A DNA stretch of 64,000 nucleotides, from assembly GCA_977017575.1 (NCBI GenBank), contig CDRNVI010000066.1, forward strand, positions 186,001-250,000, given 5' to 3'. The position numbers and the translations under genes were made by a program. Under the pieces are notes generated by a model, which saw only the letters and a program-made list of their open reading frames with translations, did no database searches and was not told the origin of the DNA. The DNA is from Paramoeba atlantica (Eukaryota; Protista; Discosea). Numbering within the stretch: position 1 is the first letter of the stretch; each line of letters opens with the position of its first letter. Below, piece after piece: positions 20,853 to 32,300 of the stretch.

Positions 20853-21413
20853 TCATTCCTCACTTGAAGTTCCTCGTGCCATTCTGATCCATCGATTCAC
20901 CTTCCCTTTTTGCACTTTTCCCTTTGCCTTGGGTGTTCGAAATCCTGGACTGGATACCTCACGTACTGGAGTTACATTCTGAAAATGAGTTGGGGGCAGT
21001 TTCTTCTCGTTCAATGGACGAACATTGGACAGCACAGGGGCAGCAACGCGCCCAGGGCTTCTTGAGACGGTCTGCAGCTTTCGATACTCCTTTAAGTGCT
21101 CCATTTTCCAGTCTTTGGCTTTTTCAGATTTCGTTAATGTGGTTCGTTTCGTGCTCCAGTCTGGACCCCACATCAGGCGTTGAGTGTGCTCGTAGTGCCG
21201 AAACTGAGAGCTGGGTTGATGTCGAATCCATTTATGCCATTCAAAACAAACTTCCTCCGCACGACATAAATCTTCAAGAGGAATAAATGAGATTACTTGG
21301 CCACTAAGAAGAATTTTCACGTCGCTTCCATCGGCAAGGTTTCTAGGGGGAAGTTTCACGACAAGTGACGATCCATCGGCGAGGTCCTTATTGTGGCTCT
21401 GTGATTGTCCCAT
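20853..21413 (-). CDS. Small protein with an F-box-like motif and a probable N-myristoylation signal
   Basis: ATG 21413 gives MGQSQS; ILLSGQVISFIPLEDLCRAEEVCFEWHKWI resembles the F-box consensus. Confidence 0.5.
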   Translation of the reverse strand: MGQSQSHNKDLADGSSLVVKLPPRNLADGSDVKILLSGQVISFIPLEDLCRAEEVCFEWHKWIRHQPSSQFRHYEHTQRLMWGPDWSTKRTTLTKSEKAKDWKMEHLKEYRKLQTVSRSPGRVAAPVLSNVRPLNEKKLPPTHFQNVTPVREVSSPGFRTPKAKGKVQKGKVNRWIRMARGTSSEE

Positions 21414-21927
21414 TAATGTGAGTAGTGAGTATACTCTATGGTATGCTATAATACATATTAAACGAATATGCACGTCAACAAAGGGTTCTTGTACCACGAA
21501 CGAAACATTAACTTACGTGCACCTAATCTCAAGAATCCATATATTTTTTCAATAAATAATTCCTCCCAAGGTAATAAGCAAAGAATAGGAATATATTCCT
21601 TGAATGTAAACCTAAGAAATCCTTTAGCCATCCACGAAAAGCCCAGCGCTCATGAGTCTCCTTTAGCCTATAATTCTAAACACCGGCTAAGCAGAAATCA
21701 AGTGACAGGCTAAACAAAGAGAATTATTTCTTAATCATCCTTCGCATTACTTGTGTCCATCAAAAAAAATTCCATTATAACCATTTTCTGCATTACCAAC
21801 TACAAAAAGACTAAAACGCCCAAAACAATTTATCTCCTTTACAAAATACGTATCCCATACGGGCTACACCACCCGGTCTTATCTCCATCACTTTCCCACT
21901 TTCCTTTTTCTTTTCCATTTCATAATC

Positions 21928-23340
21928 TTACTTTGTGATCGTGCAAACCAAGTGCGTCGTGAACCCCGCAATCGAGAACACAATCCCGGACACAATCGTG
22001 ACCCAGCACAACACGCGCTCCCACGTACTCATTGTGTTCTTAAACACCCGGTAGTACATCACCGCAGGAAACGTCATAATAATATGAAGCCCAAACAACG
22101 ACCCAATAAACGCCAGCACCTGGGAAATCCCACTCGACAACGCCGCCAGCAACGACGAAAGCGCCACAATCGTAAACGCCTCCGCCACCCGGGTCCACGT
22201 CGACACATGGCTATCCCCCTCAAACATGAACAGGTTAAACGACCGACGACACCCCACCGCCAACAACGGGTACACACAGGCGAAGTGCAGCAGCATCACC
22301 AGCCGCCCAATGTTAATCAGCAGGTCGTTCTGCGGGTACTGCGCTAGCAGATCCCCCCCGTGGTTGCGCACGTCGGCGCCGAAGTAGAGGTACCCCATGG
22401 TCCCGAGCACGAGGTAGAACAGTGTGATCGTGGAGAAGGCGGGGATCAGGGCCCGGTCCATGCGCTTCACGGAGCGCTTCTGGAGCTCGTGGTACAGCGG
22501 GGGGATGTTGTAGTGCATGCCGAAGCACACGGTGAGGAGCGGGATGGCACGGCAGAAGTCGGAGGTGATGGAGGCGACGCGGACACTCTCGGGGACGGCG
22601 GCGGTGATGAGGGCGCCTTGGGTGTGTGCCCGGGCAATGTAACGAATCGCCACCGCGACCCCGGCGTAGAAGATGGTGCCGAAGGCGACGATGGAGCTGA
22701 ATTTAAGCTCCGTGATGTGTTTGGCGCAGGAGAGGACGAAGAGAAGGGGGGCGGTGCAGATGATCCAGAAACGGGCGTCGGCGTAAAACCCGGTGAGGCT
22801 CATCCAGGATGCGGCGAGAGGTTGCATGGAGTCCCCGATGACCACGATGTACATCACGGCACACCCAAAGGTGTAGAGCAGGATGGTACCCTCGGCGACG
22901 ATGCGCATGAAACGGAGCTTGGAGGGTTTGCCGTCGGTGACGATCTCCGCTGGGGTGTCGGGAGAGTCCGTCAACGAGTGGGGCTTTCCTCCCTCGAAGG
23001 CATAGCGGCAGAGACCCATGTAGGTGAACTGCTGGGTGTGCTGCGCGAGGCGAACCAAAAAGCGCATCGCGGAGAAGCTAAGGAAGCCAGTGTACAACAG
23101 GAGCAAAATTCCGGGTATCAGGGAGGCAAAGTGGAACGCGACGGAGAGGGCAAGGACACCACCTCCGATGACGTTGCACAGTACGGTGATAATCGTCGTC
23201 GCGACTGTACCGTGGCCCTCGTTGTGCACAGGAACCTTGACGACTTCCGATTCAGGGGCCTCGGAGACGTTGCAGTTCTCAATGATACCACAAGTGTCAT
23301 CGTCCTCGATTTGTGTAGCGTGAGGATCGTGTTTCGTCAT
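21928..23340 (-). CDS. Amino acid transporter, AAAP/SLC38-like (paralog 1)
   Basis: NVIGGGVLAL, FGMHYNIPPLYHEL and HFACVYPL motifs; about 11 hydrophobic helices. Confidence 0.92.
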   Translation of the reverse strand: MTKHDPHATQIEDDDTCGIIENCNVSEAPESEVVKVPVHNEGHGTVATTIITVLCNVIGGGVLALSVAFHFASLIPGILLLLYTGFLSFSAMRFLVRLAQHTQQFTYMGLCRYAFEGGKPHSLTDSPDTPAEIVTDGKPSKLRFMRIVAEGTILLYTFGCAVMYIVVIGDSMQPLAASWMSLTGFYADARFWIICTAPLLFVLSCAKHITELKFSSIVAFGTIFYAGVAVAIRYIARAHTQGALITAAVPESVRVASITSDFCRAIPLLTVCFGMHYNIPPLYHELQKRSVKRMDRALIPAFSTITLFYLVLGTMGYLYFGADVRNHGGDLLAQYPQNDLLINIGRLVMLLHFACVYPLLAVGCRRSFNLFMFEGDSHVSTWTRVAEAFTIVALSSLLAALSSGISQVLAFIGSLFGLHIIMTFPAVMYYRVFKNTMSTWERVLCWVTIVSGIVFSIAGFTTHLVCTITK

Positions 23341-23657
23341 GGGTTGAGTAGTACGAAAGAGGAGTTAAAATCTATTTACGACACTCTGAGAACAAGTTGA
23401 AGAACGGTAAAGTTGAAAAGGTAAATTCGTGTGCGAAAAACAAACCTACGTATGAGGTCGTGATAGGTTCAATTTTTCGATGGTATATATTTTTATTCTC
23501 ATAAAGTAACGTAGGAACATGTGTGTTATACTCTAGCTGTATGCACTCTAACTCTACGTCTAGTGGTTCAAGAGCTATTTCTAGCGGTTCTATGACTCCA
23601 AAAGCAAGAGTCGGCTACATCTTTGAAAACGAAAATGCTACAGTCTCGTTTTCCACA

Positions 23658-25280
23658 TCACCCGCCGAGATCTTTTATCTGTACCACGGTGCCCGCGATA
23701 CAAAACAAAATCCCGGAGGCAATAAGCACCGAAAGCCCCACATACTCATGGGGACGGAGGCTCCCGCGGAATAGACGCCAGTACATCAACGCTGGATAAG
23801 TCATGATAATATGCACCCCAAACAGGGACCCACAGAACCCCAGCACCACCGATATGCTACTGGCCGCCACCGCCAACCCGCAGGAGACCCCAACAATCAG
23901 AAATGCCTCCAGCACCCGTAACGGTGTCGAGACATGCTGATCCCCTCCAAACAAAAACGTGTTCAGTGAGCGTCGACAGCTCACCGTACACAGCGGGTAG
24001 ACACACGCGAAGTGCAGCAACATAATCAGCCGCCCGACATTCACCCAGGTGTCATCGGCGGGGTACTGCGCGAGCAAATCCCCACCATGGGAGAGAATTG
24101 TCTCCCCAAAGTAAAGATACCCGCAGATACCGATTTGGAGGTAAAAAAGCACAATAATCACCATGGAGGGGTAGAGCGCCCGATCCATACGAGCCACCGA
24201 GCGGTGCCGGAGCTCATGGTACAGCGCGGGGAGGTTGTAGTGGACCCCGTAGGCTACCGCATGTAGCGGAATCGCTTTGCTAAGGTCCGCAGTCCACTGA
24301 TTCACCCGGGTAGGGGCGTCTGCGACCAGGCAGTGCTGAAGCTCAACTGCGCGTTTGACGTAGTAAACTAACACAAGAAACCCGACGTAGAGAACCGTGA
24401 CGAACGCGAGCAAGGAGCTAATGCGGAGCTCGGTGAGATGCCGTGCACAGGTCAACGCGAAGAGCAGGGGGAAAGTGGCAAGAATCCAAAACCGACCATC
24501 CGCGAAGAAACCAGAGAAGTGCATCCATTGTGCGGCCAGTGGTTGCATGGAATCAGCGATGATGAGAACGAACATCACGGATGCTCCAAAGGTATAGAGT
24601 AAGATGGTAGCCTCGGCGATGTAGCTCATGTACTCTGTTCGTGGTGAGCTACGACGAAGTGAGTGAGATTGTGGAGAGCGCAGAGCTGCGCTTTGATGTG
24701 CCTGCAGTTCTCGGAGTGTCGTAGCGGTGCCCTTTATCGATGTCTTTGGTGTGGTCAGGTGTGTCTCCGATGGGGGAATCTCTGTGATGGAGTCTTCTTG
24801 AATAGAGGCATCACGAGTGGCAATAGGGGTAAATCGCCTTGCTGGAGCATTCTCATGATCATGTTCCTTGAGCGTGACAATCGGATTTTCCGTATCATGC
24901 TGAAACGCGGCGCGGCAAATGCCCATGTAGGAAAACTCTTGCGTGTACTCCGACATTTTGACAATGAGTTTCATGCTCGCAAAGCTGAGAGCTCCCACGT
25001 AGAGCAGCATAAGAATTCCGGGAAACAGAGAAGAGTAGTGGAACGCCGCAGAGAGGGCAAACACTCCGCCTCCTATCACGGTGGATAGAATAGAGATGAT
25101 CGTGCTGTATATCGTACCATGACCAGTGCTGTCTTCGAGGGCACGCAACATCACACCCACGTGCGTGGTAATCTTACTGGAGGAGGAATCAGTGTCCGTG
25201 TAGTCTGAAGAAGAGGACTGCGATAACGTCTCATCGGTCCAAAGAGGAGACTGACTTTTCGGTGGTAGGGTTGGCTCCAT
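23658..25280 (-). CDS. Amino acid transporter, AAAP/SLC38-like (paralog 2)
   Basis: TVIGGGVFAL, YGVHYNLPALYHEL, HFACVYPL; longer loop after TM2. Confidence 0.92.
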   Translation of the reverse strand: MEPTLPPKSQSPLWTDETLSQSSSSDYTDTDSSSSKITTHVGVMLRALEDSTGHGTIYSTIISILSTVIGGGVFALSAAFHYSSLFPGILMLLYVGALSFASMKLIVKMSEYTQEFSYMGICRAAFQHDTENPIVTLKEHDHENAPARRFTPIATRDASIQEDSITEIPPSETHLTTPKTSIKGTATTLRELQAHQSAALRSPQSHSLRRSSPRTEYMSYIAEATILLYTFGASVMFVLIIADSMQPLAAQWMHFSGFFADGRFWILATFPLLFALTCARHLTELRISSLLAFVTVLYVGFLVLVYYVKRAVELQHCLVADAPTRVNQWTADLSKAIPLHAVAYGVHYNLPALYHELRHRSVARMDRALYPSMVIIVLFYLQIGICGYLYFGETILSHGGDLLAQYPADDTWVNVGRLIMLLHFACVYPLCTVSCRRSLNTFLFGGDQHVSTPLRVLEAFLIVGVSCGLAVAASSISVVLGFCGSLFGVHIIMTYPALMYWRLFRGSLRPHEYVGLSVLIASGILFCIAGTVVQIKDLGG

Positions 25281-25437
25281 TTCTGAGTTGAATAATTACG
25301 GAGCGGGAAATTTGAAGAGTTACGGAGCAATAGTGAAGTGGTCTAAAGACTTGCGTCCATAAATGAAGCATGACAATGTTGATTTTTTTCTGGAAAATAT
25401 TTACAATGAATTCAGGTACAAGACTCATGCAAATATC

Positions 25438-26678
25438 GGTGAAAGTAAAGGAAAATTCGCTTTTTTATGACTTTTTAGCTTGACATTTTCCTTTTCAACA
25501 AAAAGACATTATCTACATGTACATATACTGTATGACTATTTTACACCCTTTTTCCGTTATTTTCCATGGCATGCCAGGGGTGTCGGGGGTTTGCTTGTCG
25601 AAAAAAGTTCACCCTCAGCCGTATATCACGCTGGACCGAAGCACAGTGCGAGCAGTGGCTTCGAAGCCATGGGCTTGTCGCGAGAAGGGTTGTCTGTGGA
25701 AAACGGACACATTCATCACCAAAAGAAATGGAATTAGAGGGTGGTGCGTGGCACTGTACTAAGAAGTGCAAGGGTAGATACGGTGCCATGGGGCCTCTTT
25801 TGACTGGGAAGTCGAAAAAAAGTGCAAGACAAACTCTGCAGTTCATCCTGCTGTACTCTCGTGGCGAAGCTCACGCGGTTTCCGAGGCAGAGACCGACCT
25901 AAGCCATCAAATTATTGTCAGCCTTAAGCAAATGATTGATGCGATCATGAGCACCGCTCACGTTCGTCGGAAGATTCGACGGCGCGGCACTGTTAATTCC
26001 ATGCAGTGCGACGAAACTTTTTTCTCGGTACGAAAGCGAGGTGGGAACAACCGTGCCAGGCGGGTGCGACAGGCAGGAACCCAGCTGGCTCAAACCATTG
26101 TTGAAACAACTAGGGACAATAAATTACGAAACATTTTTATGGAAATCGTCCCTGATCGTAGTGCAGATTCACTACTTCCAGGTATAACGACCTTAGCTGC
26201 AGGTCCACGCACTAAGATCTGGACTGACTCGACTCGACATAACCTACAGCTAAACGGGCAGTACAAGTGGGAAAGTGTGGTTCACCGCCGGGAATGGGTG
26301 ACCTCGGGGAGTGTTCACACAAACACGGTAGAGGGAGCTAACTCTCTCGTTAAGAAATCTTTGAAACGCGAGGGAAGTGTTCTCGGGAGAAAGGCGGAGA
26401 AGCGGTGTCACCGGGTACGCGCTTTGGCGGAGAAGTGTAACGGGAAGTTGAAGTTGAACGGAAACGATGTTCTGCTAAGAATGTTTGAAGACATTCATGA
26501 TTTTTGTGATTGTATTCATATCTAAGAGTCCAAGAAAGAAAGTTGAGGAAGTAATAAAAGTGAAGAGTGCGAAGTCGTGGCGATTTTTTACTTATGAAAA
26601 CAATATAAGCATACTTAATTTGCTTTACCGACATAAACCTTTTTTTTTTTTAAAGGCGAATTTTTCTTTACTTTAACC
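25438..26678 (+). mobile_element. Complete Merlin (IS1016/ISXO2-like) DNA transposon, 1241 bp
   Basis: 27-bp TIRs GGTGAAAGTAAAGGAAAATTCGCTTTT and rc GGTTAAAGTAAAGAAAAATTCGCCTTT (24/27 identical). Perfect 8-bp TSD CAAATATC at 25430-25437 and 26679-26686. Confidence 0.92.
25566..26525 (+). CDS. Merlin / IS1595-family DDE transposase, intact, 319 aa
   Basis: QCDETFF, IWTDS and HTNTVEGANSLVK catalytic motifs; Cys-rich N-terminus. Confidence 0.9.
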   Translation: MACQGCRGFACRKKFTLSRISRWTEAQCEQWLRSHGLVARRVVCGKRTHSSPKEMELEGGAWHCTKKCKGRYGAMGPLLTGKSKKSARQTLQFILLYSRGEAHAVSEAETDLSHQIIVSLKQMIDAIMSTAHVRRKIRRRGTVNSMQCDETFFSVRKRGGNNRARRVRQAGTQLAQTIVETTRDNKLRNIFMEIVPDRSADSLLPGITTLAAGPRTKIWTDSTRHNLQLNGQYKWESVVHRREWVTSGSVHTNTVEGANSLVKKSLKREGSVLGRKAEKRCHRVRALAEKCNGKLKLNGNDVLLRMFEDIHDFCDCIHI

Positions 26679-26940
26679 CAAATATCGAATGGGAAATCCG
26701 AGGTGAACAAATAACGCTAACTACACTGTACTTTTTACAGAGTTGTTACTTTTTATGAAAACAAAATTTGTTTTTTGGTGTATTTTTTGGAGTGCAGATG
26801 AACTCTTTTAGCCACAGTGGAAGCCCGGCAAAAAAGATGAGGAGCGCTCCCAGGCACTCTCACCTAGTTTCAACCCTCTAAGTCTGATAGGTAGCGGGCG
26901 GTAAGGCAGCATGCATTCTCATGCACACGTTCCTAACTAA

Positions 26941-26994
26941 AGATATACATGTACGTTCCTAACAGACATACAGATATACATGTACGTTCCTAAC
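26941..26994 (+). repeat. 23-bp direct repeat AGATATACATGTACGTTCCTAAC x2
   Basis: Copies at 26941-26963 and 26972-26994; partial copy at 26927-26937. Confidence 0.9.
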
Positions 26995-27394
26995 TTAAGT
27001 TTTCAGACCTACTGTAGTTCTTACGTACCTCAAGATGTTCTACAATGGGCACGAGAAATGGGGATTATCCTTTTACAGGCCAAATGATGATGGTGTGACT
27101 GCCTCAGACTTAGGCGCAAATTATGTGACGCAAGTGGACATGTATTCAATGCAGTACAAGCGGTATACTGAACAAAGGAAAGTTACGACACCTTGAGATC
27201 TGAAAAATGCAACAAGAATTATCCGAAACGGGCACATTGTCAAATAAGAGTGGGGTTACTTTCCATTCGGTGGATTTATAGGATGAACGAGCAAAACAAA
27301 TTCTTTCATAAAACTACGCCTTTTTTAACTAAATAATGATGTCACCATGCTTTGATCACTCCAACTTTGCTAACCTAAACTATTGTGGAAAGAA

Positions 27395-28738
27395 CTATTC
27401 CTTCAAAATGGTCTGTCGTAGCTGAACGACAAACCCACAGATTGCGAAAAAGCACCCTGATATGCCCAGAAGCAGGATCCCTGCCTTTTCCCATAAACGC
27501 ATACTCTCTCGGAACACTCTCCAGTACATCCACGCCGGGATAATCATCACCAACGGAATACCAAACAGTACCCCGTTAAATACGAAGACCTCCGTGATCC
27601 CGCTAGCGACCGCAGCCAACGCACACGAGGTCGCGACAATCAGAAAAGTCTGCGCTGTCCGTATCCACAAATTACTCTGCGTCTCACAATGAAAAAACAG
27701 CAGATTCACCGTACGACGACACGCAATCGAGACCATCGGGTACCCTAACACGAAGTGAAACAGCATTAAAAACCGCCCAATATTCATCAGGATATCGTTT
27801 TCTGCATACAGAAATAGAATATCCCCTCCATGAGTGTGGGTCTGAGGTCCAAACTGTAAATAGCCCATAATCCCTACCTGCAGATAGAGCGCCATAATAA
27901 TCACCATGGCGGGTAGAATGGCTTTATACATGGTGGCGGGTCGTCGATCTTCCAGCTCCGCATACAGCTGCGGGAGGTTATAATGCATCGCGTAGGCTAC
28001 CGTGAGTACGGGAAAGGCCTGGAAGAAATCGGTCGAGGGATTAGCAACCCTTAGCGGGGCTAATGAAGGCACAATTTGATGAATTCCCACAGCCGCACCA
28101 ATATATCGTATCGCGACCCCAATGGCCACATAAATCATCGTGGTCACGGAGAGGAAGGAGAACCAGTGAAGCTCGGAGATGTGCTCGGTACAGGAGATGG
28201 CAAAAAGCAGAGGGGCGCTGAGGAGAATCCAGAAAGGGGCGGAGGCGTAGAACCCGGAGAGTCTCATCCAGGAGGAGGCTAGGGGTTGCATGGAGTCCGC
28301 AATGATCACCACAAAGGAGACGGACACCCCGAAGGTGTACCAGAACACAATGGCCTGGATGAGCCATTGGAGGGAACGAGATCGAAGGGATTTGCGGGTT
28401 TGGGTATTGTTGCTAGTCTTGCTATTGTTGTCGTTTTCATCCTCCCCAGGAGGGGCATGCTTTTCGAAAGCATGTCGAAATAACCGAATATAGGACCACT
28501 CCTGGGTGTGATGGGTAAGCCGCGTGAGTACGACAAGGGCCGCACCGCTGAGGATGCCGACATAGAGAATCAGAAGACAACCGTATACGAGGGAGGCATG
28601 GTGGAGGGAGGCGGGAAGGGCAAGGATGGCACCTCCTATGATGTTGCACAGAATGGTGTTGATGGAGGTGGTGACGGTACCAGTGCGTTTGACGTGTTCC
28701 GTACGGAGAGGAACGTGTACGGTTGCGGACTCGGACAT
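27395..28738 (-). CDS. Amino acid transporter, AAAP/SLC38-like (paralog 3)
   Basis: NIIGGAILAL and YAMHYNLPQLYAEL. First ATG is 28738; the track start 28783 is TTG. Confidence 0.92.
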   Translation of the reverse strand: MSESATVHVPLRTEHVKRTGTVTTSINTILCNIIGGAILALPASLHHASLVYGCLLILYVGILSGAALVVLTRLTHHTQEWSYIRLFRHAFEKHAPPGEDENDNNSKTSNNTQTRKSLRSRSLQWLIQAIVFWYTFGVSVSFVVIIADSMQPLASSWMRLSGFYASAPFWILLSAPLLFAISCTEHISELHWFSFLSVTTMIYVAIGVAIRYIGAAVGIHQIVPSLAPLRVANPSTDFFQAFPVLTVAYAMHYNLPQLYAELEDRRPATMYKAILPAMVIIMALYLQVGIMGYLQFGPQTHTHGGDILFLYAENDILMNIGRFLMLFHFVLGYPMVSIACRRTVNLLFFHCETQSNLWIRTAQTFLIVATSCALAAVASGITEVFVFNGVLFGIPLVMIIPAWMYWRVFRESMRLWEKAGILLLGISGCFFAICGFVVQLRQTILKE

Positions 28739-29192
28739 AATGGAGGTAGAGGAGAGAGGAGTGTTGAAACAACGACGACTCAAGGTAATTAGAACTGCTC
28801 AAAAGCTAATTCTCTGGGTGGTCTCAACGTGAGAGTATGATCTGTAAAATAATACTACAGCATCGCATACCTGCAGATAAATTTTACATGGAGCAAAAGG
28901 TGTGGACGCTCCACCAGTTTGTGAATGTGAGATGCAAAAAAATCGTTCAAAAATATTAAACTTTATTCAAAACTAAGTGAGATACCCATAACGAATAAAA
29001 GCATATTAAAGCAAACTCCTTTATAAAAACCATAAAATGGCAAGAAAACCTCGTGTCAGCGTATAAACATGTAGTATAGAACACTGGAAAAACTAGTACA
29101 AAAAGAGTAAGAAAGGAAAAACAATAAAAAACACCTTTGGTAATAAGCGCATTCAGTAGTTTCTTCGAAAAAAAAAGCTCTTACATGTATTA

Positions 29193-29237
29193 ATTACAAA
29201 CAAGATATTACAAACAAGATATTACAAACAAGATATT
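29193..29237 (+). repeat. 14-bp tandem repeat ATTACAAACAAGAT x3
   Basis: Exact units starting at 29193, 29207 and 29221. Confidence 0.95.
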
Positions 29238-29323
29238 CTTTTTTAAACGTTTAAAAAGGAGAAAGAAAAAGAAAACCAAAAATCCAGAAAGCGAGTTATA
29301 GTAAATGTGATTGTTAAACTAAC

Positions 29324-32300
29324 TTAATCGGTCCATAGTATTGTGTCATACAGGTTTTCTCCATATGAAAGTTTCCATCCTACACCGTTTTTAAATGTCG
29401 CACTTGGGCGGAACGCTTCAGGCTGCGACTCATCGAATAAAGCGGAAGGGTCGATTCCATATACTTCATCTAGCCACTCGCCGTAGTGTTCCAGGTAATT
29501 CACTGCTTCCTTAATAATTCCGACTAAGGATTTTAACTCATCTTTGCTACTCGTATCAAACCACATAATGGGACTGCGCACTGTTCCCTGGTGCACACTT
29601 TCGAATTGGGATGCATAAATCATTCTAATATTAGATAAACAAGTGGACTTTGACAAGTTCGCAAGTTTTTGAATTTGCGAATGTATGCGCGTCATAAGCA
29701 TCAGAAACATTTCGTTTTGAAATCCTTTTAAGCATGCATCAAGATATTGTGGGCGATGAAAATATATGAACGGCGTTCTCTCAGATTTACGCTCATTATC
29801 ATAATCTTCACTTTCACAATCTTGTCGCGACTCTTGATATATTTCTTCATGGAAACGAAATCTTTGCCCCGATGGTGGTATAGCAACTTCTCCCACGTAG
29901 AGTGTACCATGAGCTCGTGTCTCCGGGTCTCTAGACTGCTGTAAATGAGCTCGAAATAAATAGACTTGACGCGTTAATTCTTCACTGCAGTTGAGCGAAT
30001 CCATAGTTTCTTTCCATATTCTCAATGATACTGGACAAGTAACAAGCCCTGCGTTATGTCTCGTGCGTAGTAAGATGACACAGGTGGTGTAATACATTAT
30101 CCTTAATGCCATTTTCCTAAAAGATTCGAAGTCGATTCGAAGCTCCGCTAAAAGTCCCGTAGGAGTTTTCTGAAGGCCTACGTCAAGATGTTCAACGTTG
30201 CTTTTCGGTCGAGGAGCAAATATTTTTCTAATCGGATCCTTTTCATACGCGCTTAAATGGTGAGAGGAACAGCTCAAAGGTCCACCTTCTTGCGGTTTTC
30301 CGCAACGAAAATCTACGCTTAACCATTTCACGTTCCCCCGAACAAGATTGCGTCCTGCGATCAAGGCAAATTCATCAGATTGAGAAACACAACAGGATTT
30401 TACTATTGACAGGCGCTTTGCAGTTCCAGCATAGCGAAAAATATGAACAAGGTAATGAGCTAACAATAACCCTTCTGATTCCAGTTCAAGGCAAGAATTA
30501 AACACGGCTAAATCATTGTTAAGATTACTTTTAGTGATCTTTGGGAAGTTGAGACGATTCTTCCCTATGCTTTTCAATAATTGAGTAAGATAGCCCTTCG
30601 ATACCGTGACACATCCATTCTTGGGAGCGTTATTGATCTGAGTCCCGCTTGTTTGTGCACCCTCTTTAATACAAGACGTATCATTACGTCCTGCTGAGCG
30701 ATCACTAATAATCGGGTCAGATTCCACTGATTCTACATAAAAAGGTAGTTTACCGACTAAATTTTCTTTTGACTCCTTAAGTGCCTCATTCTCCAGTTTT
30801 TGTCCCTCATGAATTTGTCTAGTTGGTGTCCCAGCTATTGTGTTATTTCCACCTTTTGACTCGCGATTAACTGCGCTATTCGGAGAAAGCACAAGTACTT
30901 TACGAAAGCCAAGAAAAACATGAATCCCAAGCTCTACGAATATGGAAAGGGTACGTAAACTGGCTACCCTGTCAGTGTTGAAAAGCCAAGACGTGTTTAC
31001 TTTGTGGCATTCCTTAACATCAAATCCGGTTCTTAATGCCTCCCAAATATCATGACGCATAAGATGTGGAGGATGGCTTGAAAGGAAATTCCAAATATGA
31101 ACCGCTTCATCCTGAAGACTTTTATAAGTTCGCGGAGTATCATGGTTCGTACTACATTTCGCGTTCGCTACTGAGATGGCTGATTCTGTATTTTCCACAC
31201 AGTCAGTGGCATCGCTGTATTTATAAGGTGGAGAAAGAGCAAAGGAATGCGTGCCACCCAATGTAGCAGCGAAACTACGTGACTGTACGAAATGTCGAAG
31301 ATTAGCAAAGAGTAAATGTGGAGACAAGCTGTTTCGCAGTTGTGGAAAACGATCAAAAAATAGGGTTTCCGCTAGGCAAGGGAAAAACGAAAGAATGACA
31401 GCGGTCGGAGGAAGCTTCGAGCTTATGGAGTCTATGTTTTTAGACGGCGATAAATGCAGAATGTCCTGTACGTTCTTTTGACTCAGAGCACTACGTGGTA
31501 GTATTATCTGCTTGTCTGCCACTTCCATGTTGCGTGAATCGGGAGTATCGTTCTGTGTTGATGACGTATTCGAAGCTCGAAAAAACTTCTTTATGCTATT
31601 CTCCGACTCACAGTTGCAAAAGGTTTTTGTCGCAACGTTAAACAGAACGATTCGTTCCTCTGTGTTCCTGGCAGGTAAGTGTTCGCTAAGACTTATCAAT
31701 ACTGAGGAGTCTGCGTTACTGACCATAATCAAAATTTCGTACGGAAACCTTGTTAAAATAGTGGGGGAATCCATAATTTCGTTTAACTTCGTATCATCGG
31801 CTGAATTACATGACCGACCTGAAGAACATTTTGATAATGCTGAGTCGTAAAGCAATTTCCTGGCGAGTGCATATTCAAATTCACGGCGTTTTATCATCTT
31901 TTCAAATAGTGAACCTGAAGGAATTGGGAAATTCTCCGGTGCAGAAATGCTTCGCGTGTTCGCATATGACTGGAAGTATTCTCTCCAAAATGATTTGTTC
32001 AAACGTATTCTTGGATTCTTTACGCGAATAGGCATAAGCGTGGTCTTCGGAACAATAGGTATCTCTCCAGACCTCGAATGCATGATGTTTTTTAGATCAA
32101 GACAACCGAGACACACAGCCAAAGTAAGCGAATGCATAACCATATCCAGAGCTTGTTGTGCCACCAAACTTTCTGACGAACGTTTCTCAAAGACTTGCTC
32201 CTCTTGTGGCATCTCCTTGATATATTCTGTAATAGGTTTTGCTGCTTTTTCAGTACATAAAGATGTATCCTGAAGAACTAAGTCACCACCAAGCAGAACG

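Noticed and set aside
22360-23400. 346-aa plus-strand ORF, and similar antisense ORFs over malic enzyme, DOHH, RPA1 and TPK
   Set aside because: Antisense shadows of GC-rich, codon-biased genes, with no motifs of their own.
26709-26735. AAATAACGCTA...CTGTACTTT resembles both ends of the kinetoplastid spliced-leader exon
   Set aside because: The middle of the exon and the GT donor are missing, it lies antisense to the genes, and a one-mismatch 11-mer is expected about once by chance.
26878-27113. 10-bp inverted repeat CTAAGTCTGA
   Set aside because: Too short and no target duplication.
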